From positions 8,281,470-8,345,469 of the forward strand of contig JAUZTB010000074.1 of NCBI GenBank assembly GCA_034780895.1: DNA of 64,000 nt, read 5' to 3'. The notes beneath the pieces were generated by a model that was not told where the DNA came from, made no database searches, and was given only the letters and a program-made list of their open reading frames with translations. Below are positions 38,261 to 50,941 of the stretch, piece by piece. How positions within the stretch are numbered: position 1 is the first letter of the stretch; each line of letters begins with the position of its first letter. A program made the position numbers and the translations under genes. The DNA is from Rhynchobatus australiae. Lineage: Eukaryota.

Positions 38261-39182
38261 CACCCACTTGTTCCTGTGGCATCCCTGGACAGGAAGGAAA
38301 ACAAAATAATAAGGTGTTTAAAAAAAATCTACTGTTTGGAGAAATGGGTTTGGCACATTTATCACACGATAAGGGAGCAGAAGAAGGCCATTCGGCCCAT
38401 CGAGCCTGCTCCATGGAAATGGAAATAAGAGGGAGAAGGGCTGGGGGGGGGAAGGGAGGTAAGAAGAAAAAAAAATTCTCATGGTTACCGATGGGCAGCA
38501 ATGAAGTGTGTTCAACATATAATTAATAAAATGCCCCCAGCTTCAGGACCAGAACAGACACCAACTAAAATAAACACGAAGCTTGCAGAAAAGGCCAATG
38601 TCTTATGGAGCCTTCACGGAGCTGTTTCACAAAAGAACTCCTGCAGTAAATACCCAGTTACATCCCCACCAACTTTACAGCAAGTATTTTCCAGAGGAGC
38701 TCCAGAGTATGTCGCAGAGGTACAGAGAGATTGGCAGAGGAAGTGGGACTTATGGGGTTGGTATGGACCCAAACAACCAATTGGTATTCTGGTCATTACA
38801 AGAAATGGAAATTGTGCAGGTGTGCAACTTCCTCTCCCTGAAAACATTGCCTGGGAAAGTCAGCAGCTCATTCAAAAACTGGTGGGCTGATTTGAGCTGT
38901 GCACTCAACAATCTACTGGCTGTAAGCTAAAACTGTTCTGTGATTTTATCTCCAGGCTGATTTTAGAAAAATAAACATGCTGGAGCCCTGCCAATCGTTA
39001 CATGTGGTGATAAACACTGGCCTTAAATCTTTTCTTTTACGGAGGTGGTAGATTTCTTCATTCACACTGGTGGTTTAGGAAAGGGTTAGATGGTGGGAGG
39101 TGTGGTCTGATGGGGCGGCACAACACGGTGGGCCGAAGGGCCTGTATTGTTCTATGGTTTATTCAACCCGTCTTTTAATGTT

Positions 39183-39339
39183 GCCAACAATCTACTGGAG
39201 GAACTCAGTGGGCTGAGCAGCATCTGTGGATGGAAAGGAATTGTCGATGACTTTCCTCCCACAGATGCTGCTTGACCTACTGAGTTCCTCCAGCAGCTGT
39301 TTTCTCAGATTCCAGCATCTGTAGTGTCTTCTGTCTCCC
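39183..39339 (-). mobile_element. Palindromic-family copy with central deletion
   Basis: CTGGAGGAACTCAG...CAGCATCTGTGG / CCACAGATGCTG...CTGAGTTCCTCCAG inverted arms; flanked by TAATGTT direct repeats. Confidence 0.65.
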
Positions 39340-39642
39340 TAATGTTTTCACATTTCTATGTTTTAAATAAGAATTATGTTCAGAAACAAGTGGCAAAGCA
39401 GAAGCAATGAATTAAATACATTTTAGCAGCATAATGAACTTGTATGTGCAAGTATTGTCTTGATTTAGTTTTGCTGAGAGCAAAAGTCGACTAAAAAATC
39501 TTGTCAGTATAATAACCAAATTAATTTTGCCAAATACCAATAAACAAATACAGTACCAGCAGACTGAAGTGAAAACACTGAAAAAAGAAAGTTCAGTGTT
39601 TAGCAATGAGTGTTTGTGAACGTTAGATTGCTGCCCTGTGAC

Positions 39643-39739
39643 CTAATCCAGTGGAGAGCACACTTTGTGGGATGGTCAGGTTGGGAGACTCGGTGAATGG
39701 GAGATACGGGCTACAGTCTCCGCTGTTGACAGTTGACAT
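39643..39739 (-). CDS. Putative first coding exon of the nested antisense gene
   Basis: Acceptor gtcattgcag| 12 nt before GCAATG; MSTVNSGDCSPYLPFTESPNLTIPQSVLSTGL with an NLT sequon; weak phase-1 donor TAG|GTCACA; CpGs retained. Confidence 0.35.
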
Positions 39740-39841
39740 TGCTGCTGGAACCTGCAATGACAAGACCCCTGGAAACAAAACTCTTCGATCATTTGCAGGA
39801 CAACCCGGTGTTCAGCAGCGGGCAACCCAACTACACCCTGC

Positions 39842-40037
39842 AGACACAGGAGACTGCAGATGCTGGAGTTTAGAGCAACACACAAGATGCTGGAGGAACT
39901 CAGCCAATGTCCATGGAGAGAAACGTACAGTCAAACCTTTTGGGTCAAGACCCTTCCATCCAGATTAAGGGTCTTGACCCAAAATGTTGACTGTCCGTTT
40001 CCCTCCACAGATGCTGCCTGACCCACGGAGTTCCTCC
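39842..40037 (+). mobile_element. Full palindromic-family copy
   Basis: AGACACAGGAGACTGCAGATGCTGG start as at 9098; inverted arms TTTTGGGTCAAGACCCTT / AAGGGTCTTGACCCAAAA. Confidence 0.7.
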
Positions 40038-40763
40038 TGGAGTAATTGAAGTGGCTAAGTTGGGTTGCTGGGAATAGCTGGAGGAAAAGGTTGAGATAGG
40101 TGTTTGCGTTTGTTGGGCCAATGAAAACCAGACATATCCCAAAGGATTATCCAGCCTATAATGCTTCTAATTTAAATGTATGGCCATTCTGGGAATGAAT
40201 CCCTGTCCTCACAGCTCTCTGGTGACTTACAGCTGACCTTACCTTCCTGAGGTGTGCAAATGCCTTCTGGTCAAAGTATCTGGATCGTGCTGCCAGGGGA
40301 GGTGGTGGCATCAGACAGAATCATTGCATGTAAGAGAGATTTAGACACACACTTAACTAGGCAAGGCGTAGAAGGATATGGTCTGAATGTAGAGAAATGC
40401 GATTAGTATAGATGAGCAATAAGGTCGGCATGGACAATGGGCCAAGGGGCCTTCTTCTGTGCTGTATGACTTGTTTTCTAATTAATCCTAGTTTGCCCTC
40501 GTGACCTTCTCCTTTGTGGTCTTACTATGCCACCTCACTTATTCTTTCCAGACCGTGATAGCTTTCACCACAGTTAACTATGCTGCTCTCCCCCATCCCT
40601 CCTCAGTGGTTTCGTACCTTGCGATGACTCTGGCTGCTTTCATTCATCCGGCTCCAATTCACAATGTCCTTGAACACATCTACGTTGGTGAAACTCATGA
40701 AACTAAACTGATACTCTGGAGAAATGTCACAACATGACATTACTTTAACAATATATTTCCTAC

Positions 40764-41272
40764 TGGAAAGATATCAATAAGGTTGAAAGAGTGTAGAGAA
40801 AATTTACAAGGATGTTGCAGGGACTTGAGGACCTGAGTTACAGGGAAAGGTTGAATAGGTGAGGACTTTATTCCCTGGAGTGCAGGAGAATGAGGGGAGA
40901 TCTTATAGAGGTACACAAAATTATGACGGGTATAGACAGGGTGAATGCATGCAGGCTTTTTCCCCTCAGGTTGGGTGAGACTAGAACTAGAGGTCAAGAG
41001 TTTAGGGTGAAAGGTGAAATATTTAAGGGGAATCTGAGGGGGATCTTCTTCACTGAGAGGGAGGTGCGAGTGTGGAACGAACTGTCAGTGGAAGTGGTGG
41101 ATGCGGGTTCAACTGTAACATTGAAGAGAGTTTGGATCGGTACATGGATGGGAGGGGTTTGGAGGGATATGGTCCAGGTGCTAGGTGTAGATGGGACTAG
41201 GCAGAAGATCAGGTCGGCATGGACTAGATGGGCAGAAGGGTCTGTTTCTGTGCTGTGGTGCTCCATGACTCT
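40764..41272 (+). mobile_element. Relatively young CR1 LINE 3' fragment
   Basis: ORF MRGDLIEVHKIMTGIDRVN...RTRGQEFRVKGEIFKGNLRGIFFTEREVRVWNEL; tail CTGTGCTGTGGTGCTCCATGACTCT. Confidence 0.85.
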
Positions 41273-41824
41273 ATATATCTTTAAGCAGTCACAAATACAA
41301 AATAATTTGCATTTATAAAGAGCTGGAGAAGATAGGATTGTTCACCGTACCTAGAAATGGTGAAGGGGAGACAATGTCATATTTATAAACATGGAGGCGT
41401 TTTCAGAAGTGTGAGTAATCAGAGATGAGAGGTTTAAGCCAAGTGGGACTAGAACCAGAGGCAAGGTGAGGATTGTCCTTACAGTCAGCTGGAAAAGCAA
41501 ATTTAAAAATAACTAAAAGAAGGAACTTGATACGTACTAGATAAAAAGCTTGTTGTTCTCCAGAGAAAACCATGGGATACTGGCAACTCTTTCAGTGGGC
41601 TAACAGACACAGTGCCCATGTGGTCACCTTGACTCATTTTGTCATTTTTTTAAATCATCCAACTCATTTGATGTTGGGAAAGATCAAATACTACAGGAGG
41701 CGCTGCCTCAAGAAGGCAACATCCNNNNNNNNNNNNNNNNNNNNNNNNNNNNNNNNNNNNNNNNNNNNNNNNNNNNNNNNNNNNNNNNNNNNNNNNNNNN
41801 NNNNNNNNNNNNNNNNNNNNNNNN

Positions 41825-41980
41825 AGAGCTTCATCAATACTTCCTTACTTTTAAACACTATACCTCTCGAGATGAATGCCAACATGGCATTCGCTTTCCT
41901 TGCCGCTGATCTGACCTGGTGGCTAACCTTCAGGGTATCCTGTACGAGTACTCCCAGGTCCCTTTGCACTTCAGTACTTC
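41825..41980 (-). mobile_element. CR1 fragment abutting a gap
   Basis: Reverse ORF QRDLGVLVQDTLKVSHQVRSAARKANAMLAFISRGI. Confidence 0.8.
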
Positions 41981-42993
41981 TAGATAATAGTCTGCCTGCT
42001 TATTTCTGTTTATTGAGGAAATTGATTTGCCTCATTGCAATGCCAGGTTTTTAAAGCCATCTTTTTTATAAAGAGAAACGATTTCAGTAAATTGGGCGAG
42101 ATTCATAATTTGTAAATCAACATGTCAAATGCTTAAGTTTAATTATATATTCAGAGCAGATAATATGTTAATCTGCTCATATGCAGTCATTGTGCATAAA
42201 TAGAAAACATAGTGGTCAAAATCTTTGTAAATGTAACAAAGTTTATGTCACTATTTATTTTGATGCAATATTAAATTAGTACAAGATCCTAGTCAGAATA
42301 AGTATCGTGCATAAAGTGCAACCATTTTCCTCCCCCTAAAGCTGCCCAGGCAAGGCGAAGACGACCAGGATTTTGTTTCTCTGAGAAAAGCTCCGCAGTA
42401 TTTTTCCATTGGATTGTCGACGTGGCAGGGCTTGTTGTCTTTAAGGGGGATGATGGGAAAGGATTCAGAAAGGCATTCAGCAGTTGCAGGTTTTGCATTA
42501 AAACTACATACAGTGAGACATGAACATTGAGAGATTTTGTAATTGAGCATCTGGGATTTAATTTGCAAATAAAAAGCATATTATATAAATTTCTGCGCAG
42601 CAAAAATAAAAGCTGCAGTATGGAAAGACGTCCAAACGTCCTTGCTCGCCGCGTTTGCTTTGGAAGGAGGGCATATTTAGTGGCTATTATCTGCAATGCA
42701 CGTCATTTGTGAACCCTAGGGGATTTGCTGGAGAAGGTGATTGGTTGGGGCAGGAAGCGTAGAGGGCGGGGTAGCTCACTGCAGCAGATGTTTTTGTGGT
42801 TACTGAGAACTCTCCGGTTTCAGCCACAGAGCTTCGCTTTTGTTGCTGTTCCATTTAAACCCAGACTGCGAGCTCATTGCAATGCAAATACTCTGCAAAT
42901 GCACACGCACTAGCTGCATATTCCAAGCGCCAATTCTTTCTCTCTCTCTGTGCACCAGATTGGTAATTTTAATTTTTGTCCTATTTTAAACAG

Positions 42994-43669
42994 GGTCTAC
43001 GTTCAGTTTTGTGCGGGCGATCTGCAAGCACTCGGAAAAGGTGCACGTTCAGCAAGACCAAGCCCAGCGCCCTTGCTAATCCCTGCGCCGCCAGCCACTG
43101 GTGCAAGTGGCGAAGCCAGCAGCTGCAGTGGGGCATGCAAAAACGATGAGGTCAATAGCATCACATCCAATCAGCACCAGGATGGCCCTTCCCTTCCCAA
43201 AATGCCTCTGCTGGAGGAAGTTGTGCTGCAAGAAGGCCATGTTGGTGAAAGTAGAAGAACTGTATGTTCACACCCATTATGGACTGCCAGAGAAGCGGCG
43301 GGCTGTGCGAGCAAGAAGGGACGGCAGCAAGAAGCAGGTACTTGCATTGGTCACCCGGCAGCTTGCAAAGGCAAGAGGAAACACGAGAGCTCCAGTGTAG
43401 GCTGCGTTACACAGTTAATGGTAGTAACTCACAAAGATGCCTTGATGCTCAGGAACTGTCAATATGGCAGAAACGAAGGCTCTGAGCATACTAATGGCTC
43501 TGGCGAGGCTTTCAGCAAGAGGACTAAGGCAGGGCTGGGACTGGCTTTCCACGCTTCTGCAGTCAATCTAGGAAGCCCTAGACAGTGGGAAGATGAAGGA
43601 AGCATCGAGGGATTGCCAGAACTGGAAGCAGACCTCACTCTTTGTTCTGAATATAACAACCGTACACAA
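42994..43669 (+). CDS. CTC1: CTC1 exon 13-equivalent (enlarged)
   Basis: RVYVQFCAGD...VVTHKDALMLRN...LAFHASAVNLG...GLPE vs human RVYVQFFLAD...LLCHKEALMKRN...LSFYVLGSWLG...GLPE; phase 2 to 0, donor CAA|GTAAGT. Confidence 0.93.
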
Positions 43670-46359
43670 GTAAGTACTGTTTTAATTGAACTTTGTCCTT
43701 GAAAACTAGTGCTGTGATGCAGCACAATTAGAGCTGCCTAATTATAGCAGCCATGGCTGTTGTTATACTGTGTCCTAATCTCTCTCAAATTGAAGTGAAT
43801 TTGACACAAACTTATGGTAGATTTGCAAGCCTTATTTGGATAAATCTCCTAAATCACAAATAAACGACAGCATTAACCCTTTAGGTACTTTCCCCTTATA
43901 AAGCTCGTATATTTTTTGGTTTTGCAGAATTGCACAGAGGTCAAGCCTCCAAACACTAATGGTCATATTCAAACGACTAATATGTTGCACAAGGTTAATA
44001 ATAGAGGAATGCTGGTCACTGATGACCTTCAGTGTGTTAGTTTACAAGGTTATGGTTGAGAACAAGTATTGCCTTGGTTGTGATCGATTAAGTTGTTTAC
44101 TGAATGCAACTAAATCTGAAGTGATCCATGAGTTATCAAAAGGTTTCTTTGTTTGGGTGTTGGCTTTGTTAACTGTTTGTGCTGAGGGTGTCACATGATT
44201 TAATCGACCCTTTTCATGTATTTTGTAANNNNNNNCTGGGGTTTTGGTGGGGGGGGGGTATTTTTAATCAGCCATCTTAACTATTCTGTATAATTTCAAA
44301 TGAGTTTAATAACAGTGAAAGTACATATTTTATTCCGTAATTATGAAATTTTCAACTTTGCTTGGTAAAGTTCTTATAAAACTGATCTTATATCTTGTAT
44401 CCTGATCTCTGACATAAAACAAGATCTTTTTAAAAAAATGATCTTTAGCCAACAGAAACTATGCTGAGAAGTTATAAATTTCAGCTGCATTGAATACTGC
44501 ACAGTACAAATAGCCCTTTATGCCTACACGCAGTTTAACTCTTGAGAAATTGGTTAACAATGAAGCCTGGTGGATATAAACAAAAGCTGTGACAGTAAAA
44601 GGATTGATTGCTAATAACAGTTCATTAAAAAGGTGGTCTCTGTGTCTGAGTTCACTTGGATTATCAGAATATTGAAAATAAGAACAAATGTACAACTGTT
44701 CAAGCATTTATTGATTGCTTCAAGAATTCACTTCAGAATCTCTTTAAATCATTAAGATATATCAAATGCAACATAAACTAAGCTGGATATAAACCTTCTT
44801 CCAACTACTTCCTACTACTTGTTTGAAAGAGTTGAACAGGTTCATTCTATTGTGCTCATCATTTTCTGTTTACAGGATAAATACTTGGTTGACTTGTTAC
44901 GGTGGCCTGATTAATTTGAGTTCAAAAGTTCCTACGTTTCTCTGTTTAAACTTATAATCAGCTGTAGAAAGAATGGATAACATGAAATATCAGAATTGGT
45001 CATCTGCATCACGAAAGGTGCAGTTATTTGTTTACAAATTAGCATTTTTATATTTTTATAGTGATATAATTCATAAAGTTCAACATATTTTATAAATCTG
45101 TGCAAATAATTCAACCATCAAAACCATTTTGTTTGCAATATTTCCAAATATTTACCAAATGTAAATCCNNNNNNNNNATATCAAAGTCTTATGTTACGGA
45201 CTGAAATTTTGTAGCTGTCACTTTTATGTTCAGAAATGCTTCATTAAAAATGATTTTCCAGCTTCTTAAAACTAATTTGTAAATTTGCTAATGTTGTTTA
45301 GCAATCAAAGGTGCAGCAGAAAAAAGAAAATTGCAGGCAACATTTTAATGACTTATTTTGTCATAGTTTCTTTTAATTCAGTTTTATTGGTTGGCAAATG
45401 TTGAATCGAGCACTTGATTTTTTTCTGGTTGAGTTTAGGAGCTCTAAATGCATAAATGAAGATCATTGTGTTAGCAGTTTTGACCAAATATTTTGTTTGG
45501 TCATTTTAATGTTTTTGGATGAATTACTATCATATGGTTCATATGACATTTCCCGCCAATTTATGGGTGCCCGGAAGTAGGTTCAGCTTCGCCTAGTCTT
45601 TACAGTGAAGACGACTAGCTTTGAGGAAGCGCCATTTTATTACAAAATTCATGCTTCCTCTTGTATATATTGGGGCAGCAAGGGAAGCCACACAAGCATC
45701 GAATCATCATGTTTACTTCTAAATTTCTGTTATATGCTGCTTTTGGCAACAACTGCAGTCTGTCTAATATGTCTTCATTGTTCGTTTGGTGGGCTCTACA
45801 GTAAAAGGGTGCAAAATTAACTCTTGCATTCTCGGGTAAATCAAAAGGGAAAATACACTGCCTGATATTTTGCATTTTCCATTTTCTATCAGTAAAGAAA
45901 ATCTTCTAACAAATCCAGAATTGTGTACAAAATTTCCCTGTATATGCTCTTTTTTTTGAAGTGAGTTTTGAAAGTTTTAAAAACATCTGACCAGCAGTTT
46001 AATTTAATAGTGAAATGCTGCGGGTTTCTTTTTGCAATATCCACCTCATGCGATCATGAGTTCTAATACATGTGTGGAATGTGCTAAGATTCAACTCCAG
46101 ACATTAGAAGAGCAAATGGAGTAAAGGACGAGCAACTTAAATTTATCACTGTTTTTACATATAATAATTCAAGTACCAATTAATCAATGATTCTAGGTTC
46201 AGCTTTAATTAAATTCATGTCATGAAAATATTTTGAATGTAGGATTTAAAAACAAAATANNNNNNNNNNNNNNNNNNNNNNNNNNNNNNNNNNNNNNNNN
46301 NNNNNNNNNNNNNNNNNNNNNNNNNNNNNNNNNNNNNNNNNNNNNNNNNNNNNNNNNNN

Positions 46360-46422
46360 ACATTAGTGATTGATAGCCTTGTATACGTTAGTGATTGATA
46401 GCCTTGTATACATTAGTGATTG
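46360..46422. repeat. 25-bp minisatellite adjoining a gap
   Basis: AC(A/G)TTAGTGATTGATAGCCTTGTAT x about 2.5. Confidence 0.85.
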
Positions 46423-49416
46423 TATGATGTAAAATAATTATGAATGTATTTCCAAACCTAAATGTTTCAAACCTTTTTTCTAAAATTCCTGAAGAAATGA
46501 ATTGAAATCTGAAACGAGATCATCAATTTGGTATAAATAGCTTTACTAATATTGCTGTTCTAGGTTTCTTTAAACGTTAGTCACTTGACGCATTCTCCTT
46601 GAAGTTTTCTCAATGAGGAAGAAGAGATGTCAGGCAGGTGACTGTTGTTGCTACTGTTTGTATGTACTCAGTGGAATGACTAAATAATATGGCACATTTT
46701 GTTAATGCATTTTGTCACAAAAAAACAATAGGATGATGTCTTCCAAACACCAAATCCGGTATCAAGTGTTCAATCTGTGTAACTTCTCTTAATTCATGTA
46801 TTAAAAGTAACATGATAATTAAATTCAGAAATGGCTTTGAGAATTAAAATTGACCATTAGATAATTTTGCAAATGCAAGTTTCTTCAAATGTTGCCTTAT
46901 TAGCTTGGGTAAATATGTGAAATTTGCAACTGACCTCCAGTAGAAAATGGTAGAAAAATGTATTGTTATATGACAAAATGCAAGTTGCAGGTATCTAAAA
47001 GCACTTGCATACTTTTAATGTTGTCCTTTTTATAGAAAGAAACTAAGACCTTTTTTTACAGTAAGGTGAGCAAAGGTAGCATATTAGCAAAAATTGTACA
47101 CAGTTACAAATCGGTGCTTTTTATATACAAGATTTCCAACAAATTGATAAAACTATCACCAACAAAATGGCTGGCAGTCTATCTCTTGACAGGGGTTATG
47201 TGGTTGATACAGTTTATGTATAACAAAGAATATATTAAAATAATTTTAGATGGTTAATTGGTGAATGTGTGGAAGAATATATGTTTAATTGTTTATTTTG
47301 AACAATTTGTCATAGGTAGCTAAAATTCTCTTCTTGATTGATAAAATGGTCAGTGCTGTCTAATGTGAAGCCATTAAAGCCTATGAAGTAAAAGATGATA
47401 GCAAAGCCCACAGATATAATCAAATTGTGACCTTTGTACTTTAAGGGTAGGATCCATTAATTTGTAAAATCAATAAAATACAATGCATTCTTAATTTTTG
47501 ACCCAACACAATTGGGCAGTTTTCTTTATTGTACATGGTCGTTTTATGACGACTGCATTATCTTCATTAATCTAGTTGTTCATTTTCTGGTCCCAAAGTT
47601 TACCGCACCTAGGGATTTAGTAAGAGGCAATAGTGTTGTATTATGTTAATGAATTCTGCATGTGGGACAAAACTGATATTTAATAAGGTAGATTGGTAAT
47701 TAAAATATCTGAAATTTTGCTACCAAAGGTTTATTTGTAAATTGCATGTTTTTCCTTCCAGTTAGTTTCTCTCCAGGGCATTATTGTAGAATCTTTTGCC
47801 GCAATTGCTGTTGCCTTGTATGTGACTGGCATTTGTATACCCCTCCCAATATTTTACACAACTGGACAAATTGTAGCTGCTCTTTGGCAGCTGGAAGTCC
47901 TTAGTTTTGGAAGGAACTGTTTTTGCCTTCATTCATATCACAGATAGGCACGCACATGCAAATTGGCTCAAGTCTAGTGAAATTGACCAAATTACATTTA
48001 TCTATAATTTAGCTTCTGTTGATATTACAGTTCTTTCAAACAATTAACTTATTGGCTTATTGCTGATTTCCATATTCCTTTCCTATAAAGAATGCAAAAA
48101 AAAAACTGAAAATGAGTTGTTGCTTGCTTCTGTGGATTTGACTTCTATTGACCTGACACCAGAAGTATTGCAGTTTGGGTTTTATGGAATGAAATCTTAC
48201 TACATATACTAAAGCCTTGAAGTGCTGGAATTTGAATGGTAGAAGACAAATAAAGGTTGACGTCCCTGCCTTAGGTCTTTTTTTTGTAGAAACTTGCCTA
48301 TTGGATGGCAGTTTGAGAAATGCCCTTGTATCAATTTTAGAGAATCAGATGATCAAAAGTTAGTTTTGATTTGTCTGTGGAACTGAAATTTGCTGTACCT
48401 TGTCAGGGAGACCAGATTATTGGATCCATATGTTCCAGACTAATTTTCTGTATTGTTTTGCTTTAGTATCAACTTCTGATTCCCAAAATGAGGATGATAA
48501 ACTTGAGAAGAAAATGTTGCAATGTCGTAGATTTGTTCATGTCGNNNNNNNNNNTCAAGCAAATGGTTTAATTGTGGGATCTAACAAAGTCATTTGATCA
48601 GAGAAGTTTTGTTTAATCAACAACATGAATTTTGGTTCAGACAAATCCACCTAAATATTTAATTGATATATTTGTAGAATTTAATTTTGAAAGCATTTAA
48701 AATTAGCTACGTCCTTGGTATTCCCTCTTTTGTCTCTGCAACATTGTCCAGCCATTTCCACACGATTTGGACACTTGAAGCTGCTCTGAGATGTTTTTTT
48801 GCCCTTCAGAATGTATAGAAAATCCATTCCATCAAACAGCTGCTGTGTCTACCACACTAGTGTTGATGTCTAGTTTAACCCAGAATTTGGCATAACTTGT
48901 TTCAGAAATGGTGTTAATCCCAAAATTCAATGATTTGGTTGTATCGGGATAAGGAACATTATTACTCTAAATGGCTCCATTTTGTCCTTCCTCCCATGCT
49001 ATTAAAGTGTTAACACTTGTGTATGCAGGTGTTCAGAACAATTTAATAAGAATGCTAATTTGAAACATAAGGCTTTTATCAGCTATTTGAGAGCTGTCAA
49101 AATAGTTCCACCATTTGGACTGCTAGGATTGTATCTTCATTTTTTTTGTTCCTACAGTTGTGTCTGTTTCTCAGTGATCTCTTAATGATTTTTCTGCTTG
49201 CATATTGTATAATAATTGAAAACCAAACATTTTCAAATGACTATTTAATATTGACATTTTTACTTTTAAAGCCCAGCAGAAATTTGGATATTTGAATGAG
49301 ATGATTGTGGGCAAACAAGTAAACACTGGAGTAATAGTCTCAGTTTTGGTCTGGTGTTTTTGCACTTGCTAGGGAGATAAAAAAAAATTATACAAAAATC
49401 TATAATGTCTTTGCAG

Positions 49417-49506
49417 GTGCAGTTGGATTTCATGGGTGAAGCTGTGCGGTGGTACCATTTGATAAGTCAGGGGGGAGTGTACAGAGTCATTGGACCAAAA
49501 CAGGTG
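49417..49506 (+). CDS. CTC1: CTC1 exon 14-equivalent
   Basis: VQLDFMGEAVRWYHLISQGGVYRVIGPKQV vs human [30 protein letters not shown]. Confidence 0.95.
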
Positions 49507-50381
49507 GTAAGAGAACTAAAAGCTCATTATGAATATATGATCATGAGAGGCAAACCTCCCAATAAAATGTGACACCATTTGCATATTGTGGTAGCTTTTG
49601 AACTCATTGCAGTGATAAAAGGAAAGAAACCACAAACTGTTGGCCCAGATTTTGATGGTAAATGTTGGCTCTTCTGAAAGGAACCACAAGTATTCCATTT
49701 AAATGCCAGTAAATCGGTTATTTTTGACATTTGCAGTTGAACCTGAAAGTCATAAAATTGGTGAATGAAAAATGGTGCCACATTTGTCCATGTACTTCAG
49801 TGGAGTCCAGAGTTATAACATGACTTTGCTGCCATTTCCAGCATTTACAAATATTTCTGGACACTGGGTTAAACCTGGGGCAAAATCCCATCCCATTGAT
49901 TTCCATAAGGATGTGAGGAATAAAGGCAAGAAGAAAGTAAATTCCTTAATTTTGTTTTTTTTTTGTTTTTAAATTGACATTTAGTTGATTTTTTTTTAAA
50001 GATCTTGACACTTTGAAGTTCTTTTATTTTTAAACAGTCTGAAAGCCTGACAACTCAAAGCTGGGGTTAGTGCTTAATGGCTGTGTAAGCTTTTGGGCGA
50101 GTTTCTGGGGCACAGCTTCTCCAGTATGCAGTGTGCTCTGTTGCTATAAAAGCCTCATTGCTGGGATCTAAGATGCTCCAGGGAAACATTGTTGCTTTAC
50201 CACATCCTGACTCAAGACAAATTTGTGCTTGTGTTGACTAGGGATTGCAAGTCCACACAAGCAAGATCTGGCCCAAAAGAACTACTTTGCATCAGTAAAT
50301 GTTTGAGTAAATTGATTTTGTGTAATTTTCATTTTAAGAAAAGGTGATTAATATCTCATTTTGTTTCTCTTATTTATTCAG

Positions 50382-50522
50382 GGCACATCTGTTTATGAAC
50401 AGCACTCTTCCTCTGTTCCATTGAAGACCCTTCAGAGTTTGAAATGCCCACGCTTCCTTGTTGTTCAGCCTGACTGGAAGTTTCAGTATATTTCCACATT
50501 CTCTTATTTACGCCAATCCCCA
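50382..50522 (+). CDS. CTC1: CTC1 exon (5' part of human exon 15-equivalent)
   Basis: GTSVYEQ...LKCPRFLVVQPDWKFQ vs human TPMLFEK...AGCASCLTVQDNWTLE; phase 0 to 0, donor CCA|GTAAGT. Confidence 0.88.
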
Positions 50523-50941
50523 GTAAGTTGGTAATATAGAAATCAAAGCACAAATATTGGGTTCCTATTGTAACATTTTTACCATCCAAGGATTTCATTG
50601 ACTTGTTAATGAGTTTTGGAGCATTAGGAAGGTTGCAGTTATATGTAATACATATTAGTAATTAGACATTGTTACTGTATTGTGCAAGTCATCTTGGTTT
50701 TAAGATTGCCGTTCATGTGACTGGATTGCTTTGACATTGGGAAATTTTTAAATTTTAAATTTTTTAAATTTAAATTTTATTAAAGATCTATTACTTTTGT
50801 TATTCTTCCAGGAATAATATAGGTTTCATGATTGTCATGTTTATATATTTTATCTTTGTGGACCTTGGCTCATGTTTTTAAATATTTTTAAGCAATAGAA
50901 TTGGAGCATTTTGCTTACTGGTAAAATTAATTACATTTCAG

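Noticed and set aside
38501-38930. Overlapping 115-129 aa ORFs in intron 12
   Set aside because: No recognisable domain and no convincing splice context.
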